Origin: Lama glama
Lineage: Eukaryota
Assembly (NCBI GenBank): GCA_028534125.1
Contig: CM052839.1
Location: forward strand, 45,508,001 to 45,572,000
Length of the DNA stretch: 64,000 nucleotides
Reading direction: 5' to 3'
Shown here: piece by piece, positions 1 through 10,717 of the stretch
Layout: each line of letters starts with the position of its first letter
Numbering within the stretch: position 1 is the stretch's first letter
Made by a program: the position numbers and the translations under genes
The notes under the pieces: model-generated
The model's input: the letters and a program-made list of their open reading frames with translations, nothing else
What the model was told of the DNA's origin: nothing
Databases searched by the model: none

Positions 1-1240
1 TCCTCTGGGAGTAGTTCCCAGAGACTTGCTGCCCTGTGGGAAGGGTCTGTCTGGCCATTGCTCAGAGTAGGGGGTCCAGACCTGAGTCTGGGACAGATGT
101 GGCCTATGGAGGTCCCTCAGCCAGTAGGGCCGCCCCAGCCTCCACCCTGGGCTATTTCCCAGTTTCCAGGGCTCCAGGCCAGCGGAGGTGGGGAGCGGCC
201 CCTCCCCCAGCCCGCACACACACACAGCGTGTGCAGGTCACAACCAGCGTCGGCGTTGCCGGGACACCGAGCCTGGAGCATGAGCCGGTCACCATGGCAG
301 CCGGCAGCCTGCTGGCAGGAGTCCAGGCTGGGCTCTAGCATCTAGGGCCAGTGGTCTGGACATGCAGGGGTGGGGGTCCTTTCCCTGGTGGCCCCAGAGG
401 GGCCTGACTGGGTGGAGTGGGAGGGGGACCCTCCATGGCCAGGCCTGCTCATCCTCCAGCACCCCGGGTAAGGAACAGTTTCCTGAGAGCTCGGGCTGAT
501 GCCAGGGGCCTGGGGGCTTTAAGGCCCTCTCTGCTCCTGGCCCCGGCTGGACACTAAGAGGGGCAGGAGGCCTTGTCTGCTGGCGGCTTCTGACAGCTGA
601 GGCAAACCCTACCTTCTGGACCCCCCGGACACCAGAAGGGTCCATCTGCTGTGTCCATCTGCGGGCAGCCACTCCCTGAAGTGGGGGCTAGAGGCGCTGC
701 TTGCCTCAGGAAAAGGCACACTTCTCCAAATGTGATTAAGCTGGCATGCTGGGTGGCCTGACATCTGTGCCCAAGCCTGGTCCAGGAAGTGGGCACACAC
801 TGGGGACATGTCCCCACCAGAGCAGGGGCAGGGGAAAGAGGCTCCCGGAGTGGCAGGGACTTAGGATGCTCCAGAGTGCCGGCTGCACAGGGCAGTGGTG
901 GGCAGGTTTGTGCACCCCAAGTGGGTGGTGGTTGGGCAGGGGGCATGGCCAAAGGGTTGCCTGGGGTCCTACGAGAGGGGTACCCCCCGTTGCCTGAGGA
1001 CGCTGCCACGGGGCTGGAGCTCCCAGCCCACCCCAGGCTCTCATAATTGTACACACCTGGGTGTGAGTGGTGTCCCTGAAACTGAATCCCTTGTGCTGTG
1101 CACAGCCTGATGGCCCTACTGGGTGGCCACGAGTGGGCTCTGAGGCTGGGACCCAGGGCAGCACCTCCAGGCTGGGGCTGGCCCAGCACGTGGCCGCGGC
1201 TCACTCTGCCCGGTCCCTGTCTGTGTGTGCTTCCCCTGAC

Positions 1241-1242
<2 letters not shown>

Positions 1243-1278
<36 letters not shown>

Positions 1279-1342
1279 CCGGACGCACATGCTCACACAC
1301 ACACACACACACACACACACAGGCCCGGATGCACATGCTCAC
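1243..1342. repeat. Compound (AC)n microsatellite
   Basis: Two AC runs, each followed by gcccgga(c/t)gcacatgctc. Confidence 0.95.
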
Positions 1343-3779
1343 TGCAGCGTCTATCTGCAGAGGCTCAGCCCATCACACAGGAACCCCCACATCAAACACC
1401 AGGACCCTGCGGGGGACCCAGAGGGAGTCCATGACCCTAGCAGGCAGCTGGGCAAGGACCTCAGATCCTGAAGCGGGGGGAACCTCCGTGCAAACCCCCT
1501 CCCTCCAAGGATGTCCCCCCATGTCTGTACAAACCACCTCCCTCCTGGGCTAGAAGGCCCACCCCTCAGAGTCCCCTGGGGGCCAGAAAGGCCACCTCAT
1601 GGCTCATGCCCAGGGTCAGTGCCAGGCAGCCCCACCCCACCCTCACCTGGGGCTGCGGGACCCTGGAATTGAGAGGCCACAGGCACAGCTGGCTCTGCCG
1701 CTGAGGGGCTGCCTGAAGCCAGGTCGGCTTAGCGCCCGGCGCTGGGCTTCCTCCCGCTGGGCACGTGATGCCCACGAGTGCCTGGCCAGCACCAGCCAGT
1801 GCTGATTAACAAGAGCGTCACACTGATCTGGATGCGCTGGGCTCCTTCGCAGCCTGGTTGGGAGTTGGGGGTGCAGAGGAGTGACCAGTGCCCCTGCCTA
1901 GGGGTGGCCACGGGCACAGCTGCCCAAGAGCCCCCCAGCACAGATGAGCCCCAAACCAGGACACTTCTCTGGCATCAAGGCCTGGGCCCCCAGTCCCCTG
2001 GGAATTTGGGGGAAAGTTCTGTGGGCATCATGTCCAGAGAGGGGATGCAACCCCAGACTGCATCTCACTACCATGAGGTGCCCGGCACGCAGCCTAGCCA
2101 GGCACGCACTCAAGGCCCCATAAACACGTGCGAGTGACAGAGGTGGGCGACACTAGCCTGCAGGGAGAGCCAGGATCAGCACCTCGCTCAGCTGACCCAT
2201 GGCGGGTGCCACGTTGCCATGGGGATTTGTATACAGGCCTGTCTCCCCAAACCCCAACGTGAACCCCCCAAGTGAGGGGGGTCTCCTGGTCTCCTCTCAG
2301 CACCCACATGTGCCTGGCAAGGTCACTGCCCAGGGCCTGGAGAGTGGGGGAGGTACTTCTGACCCCGTGCCCATTGCCTGGCTGTGGACCCACGCACTTG
2401 TCTGCCCACTTGCCCCCTGGGGCTCATGCATGCCCACCCCAAGGCCCTTTCATTCTGTTGGACCCTACGTGGCCTCCAGAGGGATGGAGGGATGATGCCC
2501 AGAGCATCAAGCGCCCATGAGGATGGGCAAGACTCTGGAGGCCATGGCTGGACGTGCCCTGTGGCTTCCAGTCCTGGTCCCCAGGGAGGCCCGAGGGTCA
2601 CAGGCTGTGATGAGGAAGGGGACACCAGGGCTGGCCATGGCCCAGCACGGGCCGCTCTGGTTTCACTACTTGGCTCCTGGCCCCCGAGGCAGGTGCAAGA
2701 GACAGACAGGCAGGATGAGGCTGAGCAGGGCCACTGCAGCCCCTAGTGACAGCCCCCTCGGTCTCAGGGTAGAGTGGATGTAACCGGGCTAACCCAGCGG
2801 CTGGGCCTGGGAGGTGCCGGGGTCAGAGGTAGCCAGCTCTGGCTTCTCCTAGCCTGCTGGCCTCATCCCTCTGCTGAGAAGGTTTTGCTTTTTGTGGCCT
2901 TGAGATCTGACTCAGGAAGACCCCGTAGTCAAGCCACTCCCCCCGGAGACATGACGGCAGGGTGGGGTTCCCAAGCCGCCCATCAAGGCTGGCTTCACCT
3001 GAGCTCACCCACAGAGGGAGGGGCCACCTCACGGCCCCGAGAGCTGCTCGGAGTACAGGAGTCAGCTGAGAGCCCAGCCCTCTCACCCCGGGTCCAGCGA
3101 CTGGGATGACGTCTGCTCCACGTCCATGCTCCCACGTCACCCTCCTGCTGTGCGACCTTTGCAGCGGGTGTCACGGTCCCCATCACAGAGGAGCCCTTCC
3201 CCTGGGCCCGGCACAGCCAGGCCGCTGGCCAGCATGAACGCAGCCAGGCAGCTGCCTCTCCATGCCTGGCTCGGATCTGGGTGCCGCAGATGCCAGGATG
3301 GGGGTGCCTGGCCCGCACACTGGCACTGTCATCCCTGCCTGCCACTTTCCCAGCTGCGGGCCACCCTTGGGAGGCACCAGACCCAGGGCTGCAGGCTGTG
3401 CCCTGGGGCTGCTGAGGTGCCCCGTGGGGGGCCTTGCGGCGCTCCTGGCAGCAGGGATCAGAGAAGCAGTAACTAGATCTAGTGGCCGAGGGTGGAGGGC
3501 TGCGATCGGGTTGCGGCCACAGGCGAGTTTTCCACCAGGCGGCTTTCTCCACGTTGGGAAAGAGCTGGGCTGGGCCGGCCAGTCTGCGCAGTGGGTCTGG
3601 GGGACCCGAGGTGGGGAGCAAGGAAGAGAGACCAGAAGGGGCAGGGGGCAGAGGGCGGGGCACAGCTCCCGAGCCGGGGCCAGCCAGCCGTCAGCAAGGA
3701 CAAGGAGGTGGTCCGCCCTGCAGCGGGTGGTATGCTCCAGCCTGTGAGCCCCAGGCTCTGGCCCCCAGGCCGACGGGAG

Positions 3780-3935
3780 CGGCTGAAATCCAAGCTGGGG
3801 TAACAAAAGGCCGCCGCTGTTCCTAAGCCGGCACAGCTCTGATCCTCCCTCCCACCCGCCCTCTGCTGCCCGCTGGCCATGTAAGAGCTGCCCGGGTCTG
3901 AGACCGCTGGTTAGAGGCCGTGTCCGAGCGGGTCC
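3780..3935 (+). promoter_or_regulatory. Putative FSCN2 proximal promoter
   Basis: 130-280 nt upstream of the ATG; CRX-type variants TAAGCC (3824-3829) and TGATCC (3840-3845); weak TATA-like gtaagag near 3881; TSS not directly visible. Confidence 0.4.
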
Positions 3936-4062
3936 ATGACGCCGGCCGGGCCCAGGGCCCGTGGGCCAACCCAGCTGAGTCGGGCCTCTGGGGGACGACG
4001 GGGACTGTGAGCACAGAGAGCGCTTCCTGGGCCCTGCTGGGGGACCTTGGCCAGCACCGAAG

Positions 4063-4888
4063 ATGCCCACCAACGGCCTGCACCAGGTGCTGAAGATCCA
4101 GTTTGGCCTTGTCAACGACACAGACCGCTACCTGACAGCTGAGAGCTTCGGCTTCAAGGTCAACGCCTCAGCGCCCAGCCTCAAGAGGAAGCAGACATGG
4201 GTGCTGGAGCCTGAGCCAGGGCGGGACGCAGCCGTGCTGCTCCGCAGCAGTCACCTGGGCCGCTACCTGTCAGCCGAGGAGGATGGGCGGGTGGCCTGTG
4301 AGGCGGAGCGGCCGGGCCGTGACTGCCGCTTCCTGGTGCTGCCGCAGCCCGACGGGCGCTGGGCGCTGCAATCGGAGCCGCACGGCCGCTTCTTTGGCGG
4401 CACCGAGGACCAGCTGTCCTGCTTCGCCACGGCCATCACCCCGGCCGAGCTGTGGACTGTGCACCTGGCCATCCACCCGCAGGCCCACCTGCTGAGCGTG
4501 AGCCGGCGGCGCTACGCGCACCTGTGTCCACGGGAGGACGAGATCATGGCGGACAGCAACACGCCATGGGGTGTGGACGCACTCATCACCCTCATCTTCC
4601 AGAACCGGCAGTACTGCCTCAAGTCCTGCGACAGCCGCTTCCTGCGCAGCGATGGCCGCCTCGTCTGGGAGCCCGAGGCCCGCGCCTGCTACACGCTCGA
4701 GTTCAAGGCGGGCAAGCTGGCCTTCAAGGACTGCGACGGCCGCTACCTGGCGCCCGTGGGGCCAGCAGGCACGCTCAGGGCTGGCCGGAACACGCGGCCC
4801 GGCAAAGATGAGCTCTTCGACCTGGAGGAGAGTCACCCGCAGGTGGTGCTGGTGGCCGCCAACCACCGCTATGTGTCTGTGCGGCAAG
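4063..4888 (+). CDS. FSCN2: FSCN2 coding exon 1 (826 nt)
   Basis: aagATGc start; ends [10 protein letters not shown] at donor CAAG|gtaatg. Confidence 0.97.
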
Positions 4889-7800
4889 GTAATGGCTGCA
4901 GGGCTGGCCTCGCTCTCAGCTCTCAGCGTGGGGGTCGTGCAGGGAGGGGCACCGTGGCTGGGGGGTGGCAGCGTGCAGTGTGGGTGGGTGGGCCGGGGGC
5001 CAGGGATGGAGTCCCCGCTCAGGGCTGCTGGCTTTAGGATCTTAGAAAGGGGGTCGTTCTCGGGACAGCTGGGGGAGGTCTCAGCTGAGCCTTGGGCCTG
5101 CTGGGCAGCTGCCGAATGCGGGATGGGCAGCGTGTAGCGGGACGTGGTCGAGGCCCAAGTCTGCTGCCATGAGGGGCAGGAGGGCAAGCCCCGCCCACAT
5201 TGGCCTGCCCACCACCCTCCCCTTCCCTTCCACCACCCAACTTCTGAACTTTAAAGGAAATGGGAGGCAGGGCAGGAATCCAGCAGGAGTGGAGGCAGGG
5301 CAGAGCAACTGCTCCCACAGCTCCATGTGCCTGACCAGTGGGAGTCCTCGTCCGGCCCCAGGGGTGGGGAGGGGCCTGGGGTCTCTCCTGTCCAGGCCCA
5401 GCCATTAGCACCTGGAGGGGTGGTCCAGCTGTGGCTCTAGGGGCCCCTGCTTGCAGTACGGGTCTTCAAGGCCAGTGCAGAAAAGGGACCAGCATTCAGC
5501 AAACACCCCTGAGCGCCTGTGGCATGTGGTCAGGTCCTGGGGAATGACAGAGGACAAGCAGCCAGGCCCTTCTCATCACAGGCCCTACCATTCAGCCACA
5601 CCGCCTTCACATGCTTGCCTTGGCAGTAAAAGGCAGGCCACGGTGTGAAAAGCTTTCTCCGTGAGTCACAGGAGATGCTAGATGCAAAGTATTTGTCCAC
5701 GGTCAGCTTGTGAGTGAGACTTGTGGTGGTGGTGAAGCTAGAGGCGACACTGGTGGTACAGGCGGTGGCGGTGGCGTGACGGCCAGGATGGCCGTTGGGA
5801 CAGAGATGCGCTAGTGACAGAGACGATGGTGACAGCGCTGAGGGATGGCGGCTGTATAAACCGCTTTTCACTCCCTGGCCCACCCTGCATCTGACCCCAC
5901 CCCTTTGATGGGGGACTCCCCCACGAAGGACCAGCTACGTCTCCCACTGCAGAGGCTGGAAGGACCCCACACTCGCTTCCCTGCTTTCCCTGCAGTGAGC
6001 CTGAGGGCATGGGCCTGGCCTTCAGATATTCAGATGTTGACTTGGCTACCAGTGATTCGACAAAGCAGAGTGTGGCATCTCAGTTCTGGGAGAGGAGCAG
6101 GTGGTGCCGCTAGATTCCGAGGCAGCTGGAGTGGCGGCTTCGGCAGACTGGTGGTGCCTCCGTCCCGCCACTTGGCTGGCCAAGCAGCCCCCAAGCCGGC
6201 CTCCTCCCTGCCAGGGGTTTGTGAGCACCCTGGCTTCTCCTTGTGATGTTGATTTATTTTTGGCCGCCTCCACCAGCCGGAGTCTGCCTGTTTCCGCTGT
6301 GGCCCTCACCAGCGTGGTGCTGCTGACAGGCAGCCCAGGAGGCAGCATTCGTGGCTGCAAGTAACAGAAAAATGGCTGCAAACTGGCTTACACTGTAAGG
6401 ATGCTGACGATCTCCCAGGAGTGGAAGTCGCAGGCGGGGGTGGTGGGGAACCAGGCAGGACACCACCGCCGGCTCAGCAGCATCACCAGGGTCCTTGGCT
6501 CTTTCCTCCTCGAGGAACCACTCTCCTGGGACAGCTCTGACCTCAGGCTGCTGCCTTCGGGCACAAGACGGCTGCTGCTGCTCCAGGCCTCATATCCAGA
6601 GTGGACAAAGCCCAAAGGAAAGACTCTTCTGTGTCTTCATAGGAGTAAGGAAAGCCCTCCGTAAAAGCCCTCGCTCTCCTCGCTCACACACCCACACTCA
6701 ACCAGTCCTGCTGGGACGGCAGGGTCCGCACCCTCTGCCGCCACTATCCAGGACTCCGTGAGCCTCTCCAGCCTCAAGGTCGCAGCCCCAGGAGCAGATG
6801 GTGTGTTAGACGGAACCCCTGGGCCGCAACCGTCTGGAGGGGGTGTGTTTGGGGCGATGCTGGGGACACCAACAGGGTTGGCCTCGGAGATAGGGTGGAG
6901 GTGTGCAGCCGCAGCCTAGGCCCCCCTGCCACGCCCCTCCCGCAGGCCCTACAGGGGCGCTCCCTCACCCTTGGGGTCTGCTTCAGCGTCGCCTCCTCCA
7001 TGAGGCCATCCCTGGTCCAAGCCCACAGCATCCACAGGCGTCAGACACACCCTTTCTGTTGTCCGCTGCTCCCAGTGGACCAGCGCGGGGAGGGCCCGGA
7101 TCGCTGTCTGTCTTGTTATGGCGGATGGCAGGCCCAGGGCAGCAGGCGCTTACTTTGTTCAGTGTTGCTGATGGGATGGTGGGGTCGGCGGCGGTGGGAA
7201 GGCTGGGCCACCTACTTGGGCTCTGAGTGGTGATCCATGTAAGAGTGGAGACAGACCCCAGCCTGGGGGGTGTGGGGTGGGAGGGAGCAGCCTTTGGCGA
7301 CTGGTGAAGAGTGCCAGGTCCTGCCCTCTCCAGTCTGGCCCTGCCTGCTTTCCACCCTCCCTTCCCCAGGGCAGGGCAGGAGAGGCCGAGCCCCGACCCT
7401 CAGGCCCTGATGGGGTTCTGTCCCACTCCCTGCTGGAGCCCAGCCTCGGGGGTGCTCTGTGATCTGCCACGTCACTTGGGGTGGCTGATTGCCATAGAAG
7501 AGGAACACAGAATATGGGAAGGTGCTGGGGAGGCTCCGCTGCCTGCCTGGGGTCCCTCCCTGGTCGTGGATGCCCTCCTTGGCCCCGTCCCAGGGGTCTC
7601 AGGCAGAGCTCCAAGTGGTCTTGCCTTCCCTCAGCACTCCTGGGAGACCACGCACATGAGTCGGGGGCTGGGGAGGGGATAGGGGCCACACTGGGAAAGG
7701 ATAGGGACTCCGCTGTGTGCATCCAGTGGCTTAGGGGGTAGTTATAAATAGAGACTGGTGTAAGTTCTGGGTCGAGAGAGCAGAAACAAGCAGATTACCT

Positions 7801-9464
7801 GGTGATTAGCAGAGGCCAAGGATTTGCCGGCACGGAAGGTCCGGCTCCTGGGGCCGTGGTAGGCGCTGGACACACGCCTTTAGGGCACCGTGTGTTGGGG
7901 TCCACAATGTGACCCCACGGCCCTGTGGCAGAGCTCCTGGAGTCCCTAAGAAGTGTCTTCCAAATCTTCTCAAGTCCAGAGGGTTCCAGATGAGACCCCG
8001 CTGACTTCACAGTGGCCCCAAGGGCATGCTTCCCCATCCCTCTGCTCCCCACCCCACTCAGGGTGAGGTGCGACAGCTTCCCATCTCCTCCCTCCAGGGG
8101 TCAATGTCTCAGCCAACCAAGACGAAGAACTGGATCATGAGACCTTCCTGATGCAAATCGACCAGGAGACAAAGAAGTGCACCTTCTATGCCAGAACTGG
8201 CGGCTACTGGACCCTGGTCACCCACGGGGGGATCCAGGCCACAGCCACACAAGTGTGAGTGCAGCACCCACCTCTCCCACCACCTGCACCACATCACCAT
8301 CACCACCTCCATCCCCACTACCACCTGCATCACCATCCACCACCATGGGGCCCACTGTAGCAGCCCAGCCAGGGCCAAACGCCCACTGAGGTGGGGGCGT
8401 ACTGGACTGGAGGAGGATGGGGAGGCCCACCTGAGCTCCCACGTCCTGCTTCTCTGAGGGGACCCTGCCTGCCCCTTCCAGCTCAGCCAACACCATGTTT
8501 GAGATGGAGTGGCGGGGTCGGCGAGTGGCCCTCAAGGCCAGTAACGGGCGCTACGTGTGCATGAAGAAGAATGGGCAGCTGGCCGCCATCAGCGACTTTG
8601 TGGGTGAGCACTCCCCAGCTGCCCTGGGGGGCCGGGGCTGGGCCCTCTGCCCAGGGACAGTGGCAGCTCAGAGACCTTATGTTCATCCAGGATCCGCCCT
8701 GCCCCGAGCTGCGGCCGCCCTGGCCGTTCCTGATAGTTGCTCCTCGTGTAGGAAGCAGTTAGAGCCCAGAGCCCCTCACCTCTGCTGCACATTTGGGGAA
8801 CCGGGGGCTCCACGGCTGCAGGGCCCCCGCCAAGGTCACATAAGGCAGTGGCAGTGGCAGATGCAGGCACACAGACGGGGCGGCGAGTCCGGGCCGGAGC
8901 TCTTGGGCGGGGTGAGCCCCGTTTGCGGCCCGCGCCCCCCGCCCCCCGGCCTGGCCCGGCCCCTCAGCCCCGGTCTCATCACCAGGTGAGGACGAGGAGT
9001 TCACCCTCAAGCTCATCAACCGGCCCATCCTCGTGCTGCGCGGCCTGGACGGCTTCGTCTGCCACCGGCGCGGCTCCAACCAGCTGGACACCAACCGCTC
9101 GGTCTACGACGTCTTCCACCTAAGCTTCAGCGACGGCGCCTACCAGATCCGAGGTGCGGGCGGCCGGGCGGGCTGGGGGCGCGCGGGGCGGGACGCGGGG
9201 CGGGGGCGCGCGGCGGGGAACGCGCGCCCCGCCGACCCGCGCGCATCCCCGCCCGCAGGCCGCGGCGGCGGGTTCTGGCACACGGGCAGCCACGGCAGCG
9301 TGTGCAGCGACGGCGAGCGCGCCGAGGACTTCCTGTTCGAGTTCCGCGAGCGCGGCCGCCTGGCCATCCGCGCCCGGAGCGGCAAGTACCTGCGCGGCGG
9401 CGCCTCGGGGCTGCTGCGCGCGGACGCGGACGCGCCGGCCGGGGTCGCGCTCTGGGAGTACTGA
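4063..9464 (+). CDS. FSCN2: Fascin-2 (retinal/hair-cell actin-bundling protein), complete; join(4063..4888,8098..8254,8482..8603,8986..9153,9259..9464), 492 aa
   Basis: Starts [44 protein letters not shown] (fascin N-terminus with the S39 PKC site) and ends [13 protein letters not shown]. All introns GT-AG with matching phases; exons sum to 1479 nt. Confidence 0.98.
8098..8254 (+). CDS. FSCN2: FSCN2 exon 2 (157 nt)
   Basis: ctccctccag|; encodes [30 protein letters not shown]...IQATATQ; donor |gtgagt. Confidence 0.96.
8264..8346. repeat. (CAC/CAT)n low-complexity tract in FSCN2 intron 2
   Basis: Degenerate caccaccatcaccacc triplets. Confidence 0.75.
8482..8603 (+). CDS. FSCN2: FSCN2 exon 3 (122 nt)
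   Basis: ccttccag|; encodes [40 protein letters not shown]; donor |gtgagc. Confidence 0.96.
8986..9153 (+). CDS. FSCN2: FSCN2 exon 4 (168 nt)
   Basis: tcaccag|; encodes [24 protein letters not shown]...DGAYQIR; donor |gtgcgg. Confidence 0.96.
9259..9464 (+). CDS. FSCN2: FSCN2 exon 5 coding part (206 nt)
   Basis: cccgcag|; encodes [12 protein letters not shown]...ALWEY then TGA. Confidence 0.96.
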
Positions 9465-9479
9465 GCCCCGCCCGCCCCC

Positions 9480-9485
9480 ATTAAA
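9480..9485 (+). terminator. FSCN2 polyadenylation signal ATTAAA
   Basis: ATTAAA 15 nt after the stop codon, followed by GT-containing sequence (gtcggtgtccgtgg). Confidence 0.7.
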
Positions 9486-10699
9486 GCGAGTCTGCGACGC
9501 GGCGGCTCGCGCGTCGGTGTCCGTGGCGCCGCTCCGGTGGGAGGGGGGCGCGCCGAGGGCCTGCTGGGGTGCTGCGGTGCGGCCCTCCCTCGTCCCTCCG
9601 CCCTGAGGCTCCTGCGATGCTCGCTCGGCCCCGCCACCCCTGGTGCCTAGAAAATCCAAGGGCCGCTTGTCTCGGAGGAGAGTCCAGCGGCCTGAGCGTC
9701 CCGCAGCCCCATCCTGGACAGCCAGTCCTGGTGTCTCGCCCCACCCCGCCCGCGGGCTGTCGCCCCTTGGCACACAGCTCCTCCCCAAGCCCAGGGAAGA
9801 GGACTCCCCCACCAACGCAGAAGGACGGGGTGCGCCGTGGGGCGCCTGGCCCCCGCCCCAAACCCCGCAAGTCAGGCGGGTCGGAGGGTACATCACTGCT
9901 CCCCTCCCCAGGGGCAGGGTCTTATGGGATCCTGGAAGCACCTGATGGAGAAGTGACACCCTTCCCAAACAGGGCTGTGTGTGGCCAGCCACGAGGAGAG
10001 GGCCCTTCTCAGCCTCTGCACGGGCCTGCTGCCACCCGGCCCCACCCCAGCTTAGCAAGGGTGGATGACCAGGCCAAGGTCCACGGTCCATCCACGTGTC
10101 TCCCTAAACCAGCCGGCACCCAAAACCCCCAGCCTGCGAGGACCCCTACCCAGGCCAACACCTCTTGGATGGCCTGGGTGACCTGGGTAGAGGTGGGGTG
10201 GGAGGTGTGTCCCCTGGGACTGGCCTGAACCTAGAAGACCGGGGTGATGGAGCCGGGAGTAGGGCAAGACTGAGGATAGATGGCCTCACCAGACCTTCTC
10301 CTGGGCCCCACAGCCCCTCCCACACCCTGGGCAGCCCTCGCCCTTGCCTGGGGCCTGAAGCCCCCTCCAGTGAGTCTGGCCAGTGCGGGCACTTTGCAAA
10401 AGGAGGGCAGTAGGGAGGCGGGTGCAGAGCAGGCTCCAGGAGACAGGGGACACACACGGCCTGGGAGGACAGGAAGGGATCATGAGGTGTCCTGGGGCAG
10501 GAAGGACTAGCTAGGACCCGTCCTCAGTCTCCCAAGGGTCCCCCTGGCTGACTCCCAGCCTCGCCGACCTTAGGGACAGAGGAGGGCCAGGACCCACATG
10601 GGCCAGCCAATTCAAAGTAGGCTCCCACTGACCTGGAGTGCACAACCTGGGAGCCCAGGGGTCAGGTAGGAATGAGCAGCTGGCCTGAGCTGCGGCCTG

Positions 10700-10717
10700 T
10701 GCTGCCCCCTGGTGGCA
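10700..10717 (-). promoter_or_regulatory. CTCF core motif between FSCN2 and FAAP100
   Basis: Minus strand TGCCACCAGGGGGCAGCA, near-consensus CTCF core. Confidence 0.6.

Larger units (their letters stand above)
8870..9630. promoter_or_regulatory. CpG island over FSCN2 exons 4-5 and 3' end
   Basis: Very high GC, dense CpG, many GGGCGG boxes; boundaries approximate. Confidence 0.8.

Noticed and set aside
3183-5187. 312-aa and 305-aa ORFs antisense to FSCN2 exon 1 and promoter
   Set aside because: Shadow ORFs of GC3-rich coding sequence and GC-rich flanks.
9120-10091. 323-aa minus-strand ORF and other ORFs over the FSCN2 3' end
   Set aside because: Low-complexity Ala/Arg/Gly/Pro translations caused by stop-codon scarcity in a CpG island.
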